A stretch of 62,878 nucleotides of DNA, filler included, from Sphacelaria rigidula (GCA_964200075.2; 5 parts of 5 records of this genome joined end to end with filler, not necessarily neighbours in it), one strand, 5' to 3'. Shown: positions 12,599 to 24,815, counted from the whole stretch's first letter. Program-made: numbers and translations. The notes: generated by a model not told the origin, from the sequence alone.

Positions 12599-14095
12599 GG
12601 GATCTCTGGTATCACCCCGCCTTCCCCTCCCCCCCCTCGCGGGGACGGTGAAGGCACTTCGCCCCCTCCACTACTGACGGGGATCTGCGGGGCTGCTCCG
12701 CCCTCCCACCAACGGAATTCGGCGGGGAGGACGGCGGCTTGACGAACCGCTGGACGAAGTGTCCACTGCCGAGCTTTCCGTCCTGTCTTCACTCACACCC
12801 TGGCTTTGATCAACGTTGGAATCCTTCAGCTCGCCCGGCATCTCGATCGCTTGCTGTAGTGTGCGGGGGGGGGGGCAGCGGGCGTATGTACCCATGTTAC
12901 ATGCCTTGTCACGGAGATAGTTCCTCGTACAGTCAGAACTCGCATCGCGTCACGTGGGCAGCCTGGGGCTGGGCTCAAGTACCATTATTTTTCGGCCTTC
13001 GGCTGTAATTTATTTGTCCGCTTCTTCCTACAAAAACCAGGCTTCAAGAACGGAATGAGACCACCTTCCGGTGGTGATCCATACCACATCTCATGCGGTG
13101 ATTTGCGGTGCGGGTTAGCCGAGGAAGCGGTACAATTCAGGGCGTGACACACCCAGTTTGCCTTTTCAGCCCACAGGTTGTCACCATTTGGGATGCGCTC
13201 ATCTGGGTGCAACTCAGATGCTTGGATTCTGGCCGCAAGGCCTGCTGTTTCGATGATACCTAACGCTCGCTCTGCAACACCGTTAACTGGGGTGGGTCGG
13301 CAGTTGTCTTCTCCTGCTTGATCTTTTCCCTGTCGCACAGTTCACCAAATGCACCCTCCGAGAATTCACCCCCGTCATCGCTACGGACTATCTCAATTTT
13401 TCTCGGAGAGACCCATGCAATGTATTTTGCGGAGTATCTCTCTGCCTCATCCTTTTTCCGGAGGAAATACAGCTTTGTTTGCCGTGAGAAACATCTCGGT
13501 CTATCATCGTGTACGACTTTCCCCCGTAAGACTTGACTGGTTTCGGTCCGGAATGATCTACAGACACCCTAAACGCTAACTTAGCTGCTCTCGTGTGCGT
13601 CGATCTTGGAATCAGCGCCCGCAGTCCCTTCGATTCTGAGCAGCCGCGGCAAGCCTGCAGCTCCTCAGCCACCTGCTTTCCCTGCTGCTTCGCCGTCTTC
13701 CGCAGTAAATCCTCGTGGACGTGGGCGTGGGCACAGTGAAATTCATTGAAGTCAGCGGTCTGGGGGCTCGGCTAAGCCCCCGGGGCAATAACAGCATATG
13801 CTTAAGCACACTTGTCACTACCACTTTGGTCGAGGCGGCGGGCGTACATTCTGAGTTGACGTGGTTGTCTGGGTATTTTCAGTGTATTGCCTGAATTGAG
13901 ATCTACCCTGAAACCTGTACGAAAACCAGTGTAGGTGTGTCCCATGTTTTGGACCCTCGTGAGTGACAAGAGGTGATGACGGACACCAGGTAAATGGTCA
14001 ACATCCACCAGTTTTAGGATCACATCCTGTCCGTCAGATCTGAAGGCAAGAGACAAATTTCCTCTGCCTACGATCGGGTAAGTACTACCTCGCAC
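12599..14095 (-). pseudogene. pol: Copia-2 protease C-terminus + integrase (frameshifted)
   Basis: LVDVDHLPGVRHHLLSL, LQACRGCSESKG, NGVAERALG...LWAEKANWVCHALN...KSPHEMWYG. Confidence 0.9.
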
Positions 14096-15724
14096 TCAAC
14101 ATAGTACCCTACCCTTGCACTCTCTGTATTCCGTCATCCCATGGGAATCGTGCGAAAAATGCTGGGTAGCCCCCGTGTCAAATACCCACGGTTCGCCCTC
14201 ACCCTGCAGACTATCACCCCCCCGCTCAACACTCAATGCATACTTGCCCGTGTCGCCGTTGATGGTGGTATCGAGAGAGGCAAAAGCTTCCCCATCCGCC
14301 ACCGAACAGACGGAGGAGCTGTCGCTGTCGTCGGCAGCGCCCATCGCCATCACCACGTCTTCTTTCTTCGATGTCGGTCTCGGACAGTCCCACAACGTGT
14401 TCCCCTGCTGACCGCACATCCCGCAGTATCTCTCCGGGCAGTTCCTGGCTCGATGCGTCGTGACCTCGTCGCAAACGTGGCAGCGGAGCAGCTTCCCAGT
14501 CGCCGGTTTGCCGTCCGACGATGCCGACCCAGAGCTACTTGAACTCTGGCTCCCGCCGTTTTTCTGACCAGAGCCCTGGGATTTTTCCGGTTTTCCCTTG
14601 CGGTGTGCACCGCTCGGTTTTCCGGTCGCACCCCTGGCAAGGAGAGCCTGGTCGCCCGGGGGTGACTTCTTTTCCCGGGCAAGTTCCTGTTTTAGAGATG
14701 TCGATTCGAAGCGCTTTCGGATCGAAGTCAACACAGCCTCCCGTGTCAGCGGTCCCTCTCGATCCTCCAGCAGTTGCTTCTGAATGTGATACTCGAAGGG
14801 CAATGCGTTGAGGAATTTCAAGAGGATGTGGCTTTCGCTTAGTCGTTCATGCTCCTCGTATGAGTTCAGGTTACGTGCAATTATCTCCATCTCGAGCAGC
14901 TTCTGCTCTGGATCATCACGGACACCAATCTTGACTCCATCGAACGTTTCCAACAAAGCGGTTCTCGCCCCATTTCTTTTGGGGCGAAAGACATCATCGA
15001 GTTGTCTCCAAACCGCACAGGGGGAGTGGACTCTGAGCAAAATATCTTGCTCCCTCTTTCCTTCTAGACTAGCAACGAGCATCCGTCTGGCCCTCACGTT
15101 GGCTGCCACTGTGTCCTTCCCGTGTCTAGTTTCCAGATGCCCCAGTTATAATTCAGGATCACCGACATCTACGCCGTGCGAACTATCGCCGGCCATGGTA
15201 AACACCCAGCCGATTCCTCCGCCCCTCGCGAGGTTGACCAGTTCATGCCTGTACCGAGCATAATCAGCGTCCTTCCCTGAATTTTTTGGGACGTTCTGTC
15301 GATAAACGGGAACCCCTGACACATTTCCACTTGCATCGTTTACTGAAATTGACTCACGTGCGGGGACAAAGCCCCTAGCTTCGTCACTTGTGGCCTTGTT
15401 GTCCATTGCGCCGCGCGCTCCTTCCTCTGGAACAGCTTGACTCCCGATGTACCGTCGGTCTCTTCGAACTCCAGCACCACGACGCTCCACTGTTCTATTC
15501 GTGTTGGTATCCCCCTGTTGACTATGGGAACCATTACTATCGAGGACGCCATTGTTTTCTGCGCCCCCGGCCTCTCTTTCTGCCCTCATATCGTCCATGT
15601 TACTCTGTAATGCAGCTTGGTTTAACTGCAAATCACGCATGATCTGAGCCAAGGAACTCATCTGACTACTTACTTCCTGCAACTGCTCAGCAGGTATACC
15701 ACCCTGTTCTGCCATTCTGCCCAA
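14096..15724 (-). pseudogene. gag: Copia-2 gag (two CCHC-type knuckles) and protease
   Basis: KFLNALPFEY (UBN2-like), CHVCDEVTTHRARNC, CGMCGQQGNTLWDC, protease WVFDTGATQH. Stop codon at 15146-15148. Confidence 0.92.
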
Positions 15725-16255
15725 CCAGATGTAACACTAGTGTATTCCGTGACCCGTGGCGAAGGGTAGATAATTTTAACTTTTATATTATTGGAGAGTG
15801 CCTTGACGTACTCGACCCTGTGATATGTGGAGTAGTCCACCTACAGTATCCGTGCAACATGTAGATATACGGCGGATCCTGGATTGATTGTTTGGAGGAT
15901 GACTATTGGATGCGTAACATGTCGTGTTCGTGAGGAAAGCCCGTAAAGCTTACTTCTGGTTAACGAAGACTGCCGTTTGTATAACTGCTTGAAGTCTTGA
16001 AGTATCTGGAGACCGTGACTGGGAGGAAGCCTTTGGAGTAGCACTGTAACCTTGTCCTGATTGCAGGCAGGTTCGCAATAAACCTTTATTCAGGAAACTT
16101 GTCGTTTCTGGATTGGGTTTTGGACTTTCGCACCCGACTGTTTGTAAACAGTGAGGACGCTCACGTTGAATAGCAGGGGGGGGAGAAGCGGCGTAGAGAG
16201 AGGCGCAGGCCACACGAATCCAAGGCGACTGCGATGACAGGAGGCTGTTGGAAGG

Positions 16256-17300
16256 ATGGCAGCGCGAAGGAAAGGGGGCACCAGCGAGACGGTTGATGAG
16301 GTGAAGTTTACAGTAACCGAATTGACCTTGGGTGGATCCTTGAAATTGCCCGAATATGGGCGAGTATTCAGTGAGCAAGCTTCCAGACGCTTTTGCCAAA
16401 GGTATCGCGAATATGAGGAGGCAGTGGGGAAAAGTAACCAAGGCCGGTCGGTAAAGTGCGCACTCTGGACCATGCAAGAGTTGGTGCCAAAGCACATCCA
16501 GAACTGCGTGTCTGACACCATCTTTGACGGGTCGCCACTCGACGAAGACGAATTGTAGCAAGGGATTGCACGCCATACCAAATGCTGGATCGATATGGAA
16601 CTTGATCCTTCCGAAGCTGCAGCAGGCGTGGAAAAGGCCCTTGCCACACGGTCTGAACCAACTGCAATGGGTCGAGTAGAAGGGCAATGGAGTTCATTAC
16701 AGAAGTACTTTGCGGAAAACGCAGGTGCCGAGTGCGTTTTCCTTGAATCTGATCGTACGTTCAAGGCTGGTCCAGCACACATTATCACCAGAGCTATGGT
16801 CACCGACCTTATCCCACCTGAGTTCAAGAATATAGTTCAAAATTCACTTTATATGAAAAGGGACTGGAAAGAGAGCCCGAAAGTGGTTTATGAGGTAGCT
16901 TATGACTTGGCGGGAAAATGGAAAACTGTCGAGGAGGCTGACAAACACCGCCGACAGCAACCGCAACTTAGGCAAAAAAGCGGATCACAAGGCTAAAACA
17001 AACTGACATCGCATGCCGGCGCCGCGGCTGCGGCCGCCGCAGCAGGTAGTGGCGGCGCAGGTAGTGGTGGTGAAAGCTCGAAAAAGCCCCACAAACCTGG
17101 TCCGAGCTATGCACGTTGTTTTGAGTGTGGCGATAAGGGCCACTAGAAGAAGGGCTGTCCCAAACAGAGCATACCTGCGGCCGCGGTGAGTGCGTCAGGC
17201 GGGCAAGCAAAGTCGTCGTCGTCGCCGCCGCCGCCGCCGCAGCAGCAGCAGCAACAGGTCCATGGTCAGCGGGGGGGCGGTAAAGATCCTGCTCCCACAC
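16256..17300 (+). pseudogene. gag: Gypsy gag (interrupted by stops)
   Basis: ORFs 16256-16558 and 16595-16996 in the same frame; knuckle CFECGDKGH*KKGC at ~17116-17160. Confidence 0.8.
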
Positions 17301-17353
17301 GGGCTGTTTTCCCAGGGGATTGAACGCAAGGGGGTGCGACTAGTGCGGGTAGC

Positions 17354-20300
17354 ATGGTGCCGCCCCAGTCTTCCGCTCCACCTCCTGCAGCTCAAACCCA
17401 ACTGGCGGCGGGACCGGCTCAGGAGTTGACGTCTCAGACAATGCCGGTATGGCGGGGTCTGCACACCGCTGAGGTTGCAGATTCACAGGCTGAGGGTGTA
17501 ATACTTGACCGCAAGCAGCGATGCTGCCGGGCAGACTTGTCCGTTCCAGGTTCCACAGTCAAGAACGTCTGCCATGTTACTGCCGTTTTGGACTCGGAGG
17601 CTGGCATCACTATCATGTCTGAAAAAGTGGCGGCCCAGTTGCAAGCAGTGTTCCCTGATGTGTCCCTTGTCACCAGTATGGCTCGTGCACACCCGGTGAA
17701 ACTAGCTGATGGTAATGTACGGAGTATGCAGTCGAAGACATGCCTAGTGCGTACCGCTCTGCACGCCAGCTTGGGGCCGATGGTGTTGGATCCGTGTCAC
17801 TATGCGGTTATGCCAGGTGCCGATGATGTGGTGATCATCAGGAGCGGTACGCTGGAAGCCATGGGCATTGACGTGTACAGTGGGCTGGATGCATGCGCAC
17901 GCTCAAGACACGCGCTGGTGAGAGGTAAAGATACGCCTGAATACCGAGAATGTAGGCGTGTGAGCATTGCCATTGAGGCGTTACAGGATCTAGGTGGACA
18001 AGACGAGCCTGTGGATCCCTCCGTTGAGCGATTGATGTCGCGAGGTCCCGAGATGGACATGAACCCAGAGGAGGAACTGGCAGAGCGTCGTGTTGCACTG
18101 GATCATGCAGTACAGGCGGCTGCGGACAAGGGTATGTCGGCGAGCGGCGTTGATAAGCTTCGGGAGGTTGTTGGGCACCATGTCAACGCTTTCAGGCGAG
18201 CACTGCGCGGTGATCCGCCTGCTCGAGTAGAGCCCTTAAAGGTGAATTCAAACCCGGGGGTAGGGTAGTCAAGGCGAGCCCGCGGGTGTATTCCCCTCTA
18301 AAGGCAACGTGGTGAGCGGGGTGTATGTCAATGCTGGTGGCGCTTGGGCTAGTCTTTCGCAGCTTACAGGCGGTGTGGGCGAGTGCGGCCACGGCGACGC
18401 CGAATAAGGGCAGTTATCGACTGGTGAGTGATTATCGCGTGGTATACGAGTAGATTGAGAAGGTTCCGAATGTTATGCCTGACCACGAGGCGGAGATGAT
18501 CGACCTGCTGGGCGCTGCGTGTTTTGGCAAGATTGATATGCTGCAGGGGTACTACTGGCAGATGCCGTTGGCGACTGATACACAAGAAATCCTCACGATC
18601 GCGACTCCCGAAGGTCTGTTTACCCCCACACGGGTGCCGCAAGGGGTGTTGAATGCGACGGGGTACTTCCAGGGCATCATGACAGGATTATTGACCGGAC
18701 TTCACTGCAAAGTATGGGTGGATGATATCTTGTGGTGGGGTAAAGATGAGAATGATCTTTTGTGTACACTTGACGAGATTTTGGGCCGTTTGGAGGATGC
18801 TGGTCTTTTTGCGGCTGCGCACAAGTGCATGTTCTACGACACACAGATCACGTGGTGCGGAAAGGTCTTTTCAGGTGATCAAGTGGCTCATGACCGCGAG
18901 AGACTGAGCGGGTTGGCCAAACTTAGGCGCCCGCGCACAGCAGGCGAGCTTATGCAGTTCCTGCAGGCGGTAAAATGGCTGAGAACGTCCCTGCCGCGTC
19001 TGGCGGAGGTGGTGGAGCCGCTGCGGGTATTACTGGAGGAACATATGCAGGGGAACGTGCGCCGTACCACGCGAGTGGCGTCAAGCCGGACAATCGAGGA
19101 GTCAGCATGGACGTTCAGGCGTGCTCAGGCGTGGCACGAGGCGCAAGACTTGGTGGCGCATGCCATTGCTCTGTCATATCCCAAGCAGGGGTATGAGGTT
19201 CTCATGTTTCCAGACGCATCGGATCTACACTGGGGCAGTTTCATCACGCAGGTGCCCGACGATGAGCTGGGTGGTATATTGGCGGTAGAAGACATGAGCC
19301 ATGAGCCGATGGGGTTTCTTAGCGGAACGTTTCGTGGAGCGCAGGTTCGGTGGGCTACGGTGGACAAGGAAGGCTATGAAACCGTAAATACGTTTCGTAG
19401 GCTGGAGTATCTTCTCTGGGGTGGGGTACATATCTTTACCGATCATCGTAACCTCGCATACATCTTTAACGCCGAGGCGTGCTTTGCATCCGTGTCTAAG
19501 ACTGCTGCCCAGAGGCTCGAGCAGTGGAAGGCTGTGCTCGGGCAGTATGATTACTCCATCAGGCACATTGCTGGTGAGCGCAACTGCTGGGGAGATTTAT
19601 TGTCAAGGTGGGTAAACGTTCCGGCGGTGTCTGTGCGTGCTGCGGCCGTGTTTGCGAGCGGTCAGCCTGATGAAACGCTGCCGTCGAAGGGCGCTATTCG
19701 TGAGGCCCAAGAGCAGGATCGAGCCGGGTTTGGAGTGATGGATGCTGGAGCCCCTACCTTTGCAGCAGCTGTTGGGCGAGTTTCAAAAGACGGTGAGGGT
19801 TTGTTTCGTGTGCATGTAGCAGGGCGGAATGTGTTGTGGATCCCGCCGCATGCAAAAGAGCTGCAAACACGCTTGATGGTGTGTGCTCACATGAAGGAGG
19901 CGGGTCATCGGGGTGTTGTGGCGACACTGCAGCGGCTGCAAGAGTATTGCTCTTGGTTTCAGATGGAAGCTCATGTGACGGATTTTGTGAGGAAATGCTT
20001 GCATTGTGTGGAGTCGAAAGTGGGTGAGAAGGTCCCGCGGCCACTAGGGGAGACAGTGCATGGCACACGGCCCGGTGAGGTGATACAATATGATTATCTG
20101 TACGTTGGAGAAAGTGGCCCGCTGGACGAGAGCGGCCTGGATGAAGGCGACGGGTACAAGTACATATTTTCATGATGGATGATCTCTGCACTTTCGCGTG
20201 GTTGGAGCCCACCGTGTCTTGTACAGCTGCAGCAACTGTGCAGCAACTGTGCAGCATCTGCTGGCGTGGTGCAAGGCGTTGGGCCCGCCGGAGGTCTGGG

Positions 20301-21253
20301 TTAGTGACACCGCATCACATTTGAAGAACCATGTGATGCGGGCATTGGAGAAGGCGCTGAAGCTGGACAGGAGGTTCGCCGTTCCAAACTCGCCGTGGTC
20401 AAATGGTACGTGTGAAAGGATGATGCGAGAGGTTGTCCGCACTTTGAAGGCCATACTGCAAGAAGAGAGGCGCGACGTTCGTGACTGGGTGAAACTGGTT
20501 CCTGCCGTACAGTGGACATTGAACACGGCATTCCGCGATCGCTACGCCAGCACGCCATACCATTTGATGTTTGGACGGGCGCCGCGCACAAGTTTTTCAA
20601 CCCTGGCATCGTCGGCTGGCGGCGAGTGGCGACTTGATGCGCTGGATGAGGACATGCTGCGGGAGAAGGTGGCGTCAGTCGTGGAGGCGCAGCAAGCGTT
20701 GTACAAGGAGGTGGCGCAGCGTGTTGAGAAGACTCGTGAACTGCAACGACGTGTAGCGAGTAAGGGACAGTTGCCAAATTTCATGGTGGGTGACTATGTG
20801 TTGGCTGCGAGGGTTGGGCGCTCAGGTACAACGCCAAAACTCGTGTGTACGTGGACAGAACCGTGGAGGATCGTGGCAGCGGAGCATCAGCATGTGTGCG
20901 AGATTCAGAATATCGTCAACGGCGAGGTGGAGGACGCGCATGTCTCCCGTCTACGGTACTACGCGGACAAGGAGCTAGCGGTCACTGCGGGTCTGAAGGA
21001 AGTGTTCCAATATGCGTATGCGCAAGGAGAATTCGAGATGGAGGCGATCGTTGACTTGTCCGAGGCTCAAGACGGTGATGGGTTCGTTGTACACGTGGAA
21101 TGGGTAGGTTTCGGCAAGGGTGAGAGCTCGTGGGAGCCTCTAGAAACCAATTTGGAAGGAGCCCCGCAGTTTGTACGTTCTGAATTGCGTAAGTTGCGAC
21201 TAACAAAGCAGGTACGGGCGCGTTTGCTGGCTAAGTATGGGCTCAAGCTCTGA
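17354..21253 (+). pseudogene. pol: Gypsy pol: protease, RT, RNase H, integrase, chromodomain (stops and frameshifts)
   Basis: AVLDSEA; YWQMPL...RVPQG...WVDD; FPDASD...FTDHRNL...GDLLSR; GHRG...CLHC; YDYLY...SDTASH...NGTCE; C-terminal FEMEAIVD...VEWVGF...SSWEP. Confidence 0.96.
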
Positions 21254-21932
21254 TTGATTGGGTTTCAAGCTGTGATCGGTTGTTGGCGGAGTTCATGGAT
21301 TCTACTATGCAATTTGGTGTACACGTTGAGTATACCGATTGATTATTGTTTGCCTAACATGTTGGAGTAGTTCGTGCTGGTGTGTTAGGATTATACTGGG
21401 GCATCGTGATTTGACCTGATGCGGTCTGATAATGCTTGTCTCTTGTTGACATCGTAGGGTACTGTCGGTGTCTACTGTTTTGTCAAATTCGCTTCCTACT
21501 TCGAGTAGTGCGAATGTTTGGAGGGTGCTGTAGAGTAATCCACCTACAGTATCCATGCAACATGTAGATATACGGCGGATCCTGGATTGATTGTTTGGAG
21601 AATGACTATTGGATGCGTAACATGTCGTGTTCGTGAGGAAAGCCCGTGAAGCTTACTTCTGGTTAACGAAGACTGCCGTTGGTATAACTGCTTGAAGTCT
21701 TGAAGTATCTAAAGACCGTGACTGGGAGGAAGCCTCTGGAGCAGCACTGTATCCTTGTCCTGATTGCAGTCAGGTTTACAGATAGAGGGATCAGATGTGG
21801 AGTGGACTCAGGTGGCTGCGTGGTAGCTGCCTGAGCGTGGTACTGTAGTCACACACACTTGACTTCTAGTACCCGTGCGTCTGCATAGATCTATCCGCAC
21901 ATGTGCATGTTCCCTCAGTGTACCCGTTCACA

Positions 21933-21989
21933 TGAACACTTTTCACTCTCAATCGTATCCTCTACTCTCAATCTCACGAAAACATTGTT
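21933..21989 (-). mobile_element. Terminal fragment of MITE family A, disrupted by copia-2
   Basis: cttttcactctcaatcgtatcctctactctcaatctcacgaaaacattgtt matches 23155-23205 and abuts the copia LTR end. Confidence 0.8.
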
Positions 21990-22119
21990 GAGCGTGTGCC
22001 ACACGTTCGAGCATGAGCAATTTCCTTTGTTGTGTATTGCAAAAGACGCAATAGCCGACACCGTGCTGTACGCCGTACACTTCTGGACACTGTAATGTAA
22101 TGCCATTGTTCAGGGTATG

Positions 22120-22610
22120 GGTTTTTCTCACACCATATGCTCATCCTCGGACAGCGACTGTATGTCACACAAAATTCGACTTCACGGTCAACGAGGGGAA
22201 GGGATTGCTGAAGAAACAATATTCTCGTGAGATTGAGAGTACTGTAGAGGATACGATTGAGCGTGAGAAGCGTTAAAATAATGAATGAATCATTTCAGTT
22301 CCGAAATGCCCCTCCACGAGGCTCGATATGCTTTCGGTAGTAGCTTGCCATTGAAGACCTTGATATCCCTGAGTGGGATATCGATGTGTGCTGTGAGCAC
22401 ACAACAGTTTTACAGGCAAAAAAAAGCACATGGGAATGCAAAATTGGTCAAGTTGAAGCGGATGATAAAACCCACTTTCAATCAGCGCTCTTCTCTCGAT
22501 CTCACGAAAACATCGTTTGAACCCTCCTCACGATCAAAAGGGAAGGCAAGCACCGCAAGAGAAGGCAGAGTTCACAAAACAATATAAAAGCCCTGGCCTA
22601 CCACCTGTGT
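22120..22610 (+). mobile_element. SINE family 1 body, interrupted by MITE family A
   Basis: cgacttcacggtcaacgaggggaagggattgctgaa | MITE | tgaaccctcctcacgat...aaggcaagcaccgca matches the uninterrupted SINE at 37000-37070. Confidence 0.8.
22215..22517 (+). mobile_element. MITE family A copy
   Basis: aacaatattctcgtgagattgagag ... ctcacgaaaacatcgtt. TGAA is duplicated around it, with 2 extra nt on the left. Confidence 0.88.
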
Positions 22611-22690
22611 GAATGCCTCTCGTCTTGCCAGTACGTGTTTCTCTGTCTTCATAAAAAAAACGAAAATGACAACAACACCCAGTGGTAGGT

Positions 22691-22790
22691 AGGTCGCCCC
22701 GGTGGCTTAATTCATAACCTCGAATCCCTCTGACGGTTGGGACGTTGGTTCGAAGTTCGATGAAGTCAAACGACGAACCGGAATTTTTCA
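22691..22790 (+). mobile_element. SINE family 1 tRNA-like head (partial)
   Basis: ggtcgccccggtggcttaa...ggttcgaagt. Confidence 0.7.
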
Positions 22791-22904
22791 TACGTCGGAC
22801 GAGCACGAGTATGACCCGTGGGACTCGCACTCGTTGGGCTGCTCGATGGCCGTAAAACTTAATAGGGCGAGCACTCGAGTCATTGCTCGTGATGAACGAC
22901 TCGA

Positions 22905-23205
22905 AACGTCATTCTCAAGAGATTGAGAGTAGAGCTTTGATTGAGAGTGGCGTTGATCATTCGCGTTGACTTGACCAATTTTCCATTTGTTGTGTGCTTT
23001 TATTTGCCTCGATCACTGGCGTGTCTCACAGCTACACGTCGATATCCCACTCAGGGATATAAAGGGCCTCAGTGGCAAGCTACTACAGAAAGCATATTGG
23101 GCCTCGTGGAGGGACATTTCGGAATTTAAACGATTCGTTCAATATAATTGACCGCTTTTCACTCTCAATCGTATCCTCTACTCTCAGTCTCACAAAAACA
23201 CTGTT
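22905..23205 (-). mobile_element. MITE family A copy (inverted), TSD TCGA
   Basis: tcga|aacgtcattctc ... aaaacactgtt|tcga; reverse complement of 1775-2074. Confidence 0.9.
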
Positions 23206-23309
23206 TCGAGTGGGGGAGTCAGCGATCCGACGAGAAAATATTTATTATTGAACTTTTCGATGATCTTAAACCTAGAATCTTAAAGTTCATATGCATATCA
23301 TCTGCACAT

Positions 23310-23733
23310 AAGAGCCTGGATCCGTTTTTGAGGTTCAACATTTTAATGAGTGTCAACTCGAAAACCGTGCTTTCTCTGGCCTAAAGTAATGACCAATGAA
23401 TTTCATATGGACGGCCTCATACCCCCCGACCTCCTTAAAACTATTTTCGTAGGTTGCCCGTCTTCCGTGCCCCCAAATTGTATATGCGAAAGAACCAATT
23501 TCGGGGTAAAAACGTCCCCTTTTTCGCCCCGATATCGAGGTGAAAAGGTGCTTTCGCACGAACGCTTTGGGGGCACGGAAGACGGGCAACCCCCAAATAC
23601 AGTTTTAAGGAGGTCGGGGGGCATGAGGTCGTCCATGTGAAATTCATTGGTCATGACTTTCGGTCAGCGAAAGCACTGTTTTCGAGTTGAAACTCATTAA
23701 AATATTGAACCTCAAAAATGGATCCAGGCTGTT
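23310..23733. mobile_element. 424-bp fully palindromic foldback element, family B, TSD ACAT
   Basis: acat|aagagcctggatccg ... tggatccaggctgtt|acat. The arms pair almost to the centre (~23520). Confidence 0.92.
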
Positions 23734-23949
23734 ACATGTTCGAGCGCTAAGCACACTATGGTGGGGAAAGGTGCCACAAACACACCATTGTGGGGAGTCC
23801 GGTCCCAAAGGGGTTAGTACAATTAGTAACGGTCACAATATCACCATATTCCACCGTTGTTTCACCAGGCTTCCACCATGTCTCGCGCCTCACTCGTCCA
23901 TTGCTCGAGTATTTGATGATTGATCCTTGGGTTTTCCAAAAATGACGCA

Positions 23950-24317
23950 AGCAAGCAAATCATTGCTCATGATGAAAAAATAGATGAGTCGAGCATACGA
24001 GTGATACCACGTGAAGAAGTAAATGACTCGAGCAAACGACTTGGTAGCTCGTGAAGGAAAAAACCAATAGGGCGAGCACTCGAGTCATTAGTCGTTGCGA
24101 AAAAGTGTTACTATGGCGAGCACTCGCGTCATTGCGCCTTGTGGGAAAAAAATAATAGGGAGCACTCGAGCCATTGCTCGTTGTGGAAAAATATTGATAG
24201 CGCGAGCACTCGAGTCATCGCTAGGTTGTGGAAAAACATTCATAGAGGACGAGCGCTTGAGTCATTGCTCGTTGTGGGAAAAAAATAATAGAGCGAGCAC
24301 TCGAGTCATCGCTCGCG
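23950..24317 (+). repeat. Tandem array of ~9 degenerate ~44-bp units (cgagcactcgagtcattgctcg + ttgtggaaaaa..atag)
   Basis: Units start at about 23991, 24029, 24073, 24117, 24160, 24204, 24251 and 24294; more copies at ~22800-22900. Confidence 0.85.
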
Positions 24318-24815
24318 TGTTACAACTGCGGCGACACCGGACATATGATCAAGGACTGCCCTAAGCCTCGCGCTGAAGGCGCTGCAAAGGGCAATGCACG
24401 AGATTCATCAGGATCTCGAGGCGGTCGTCACGGTGGACGGGGCCGTGCCAACCAGGGACGCGGGCGCGGCGGCCGCGATAGCAAGCAATCGGCGTCGGAT
24501 GGTGGTTCCTCCGCTGCTGTTTCTTCCACTACATTATCAGGTGGTGACTCTGGATCTTATGGCTCGTCCGTGTCGGGGCGGACAGTGTACGTGGGAAACG
24601 CAAAGACTTCGGTGGGGAGTACTGGAGCGAATAGTATGCAAACCCTCGGCCAGGTAGGATCCATGTCTGGTGCATTTCCTACTACTGCTGCGACGGCTGT
24701 AACAGCGCGGTCTGCTATTCGGCGACGTGGTCTGGTTGGACCGCCGATTATCAACCATCGATGGCAAGTGCTGGAGCGCAGCCCTGGCGTCAGATGGTTC
24801 TTGGTACCGACGAGA
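24318..24815 (+). pseudogene. gag: Retrotransposon gag fragment (zinc knuckle + RG-rich tract)
   Basis: CYNCGDTGHMIKDCPK followed by GSRGGRHGGRGRANQGRGRGGR; cut at 24816 by a family B element. Confidence 0.75.

Larger units (their letters stand above)
15826..21780 (+). mobile_element. Full-length degenerate Ty3/gypsy chromovirus-type LTR retrotransposon
   Basis: 252-bp LTRs at 15826-16077 and 21529-21780 (TG...CA, about 14 mismatches) and a 4-bp TSD GATA. Purine-rich ggaggg precedes the 3' LTR. Order gag-PR-RT-RH-IN-chromodomain. Confidence 0.97.
12599..21932 (-). mobile_element. Ty1/copia element (copia-2), 3'-truncated at the contig start, with a gypsy element inserted in its putative 5' LTR
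   Basis: Minus-strand gag-PR-IN at 15724-12599. Putative LTR 15789-15825 + 21785-21932 (minus strand tgtgaacgg...ctctccaata). The LTR limits are inferred because the second LTR is missing. Confidence 0.8.

Noticed and set aside
23950-24317. CRISPR-like array
   Set aside because: The linkers resemble each other rather than being unique spacers, the repeats are degenerate, there are no cas genes and the context is eukaryotic.
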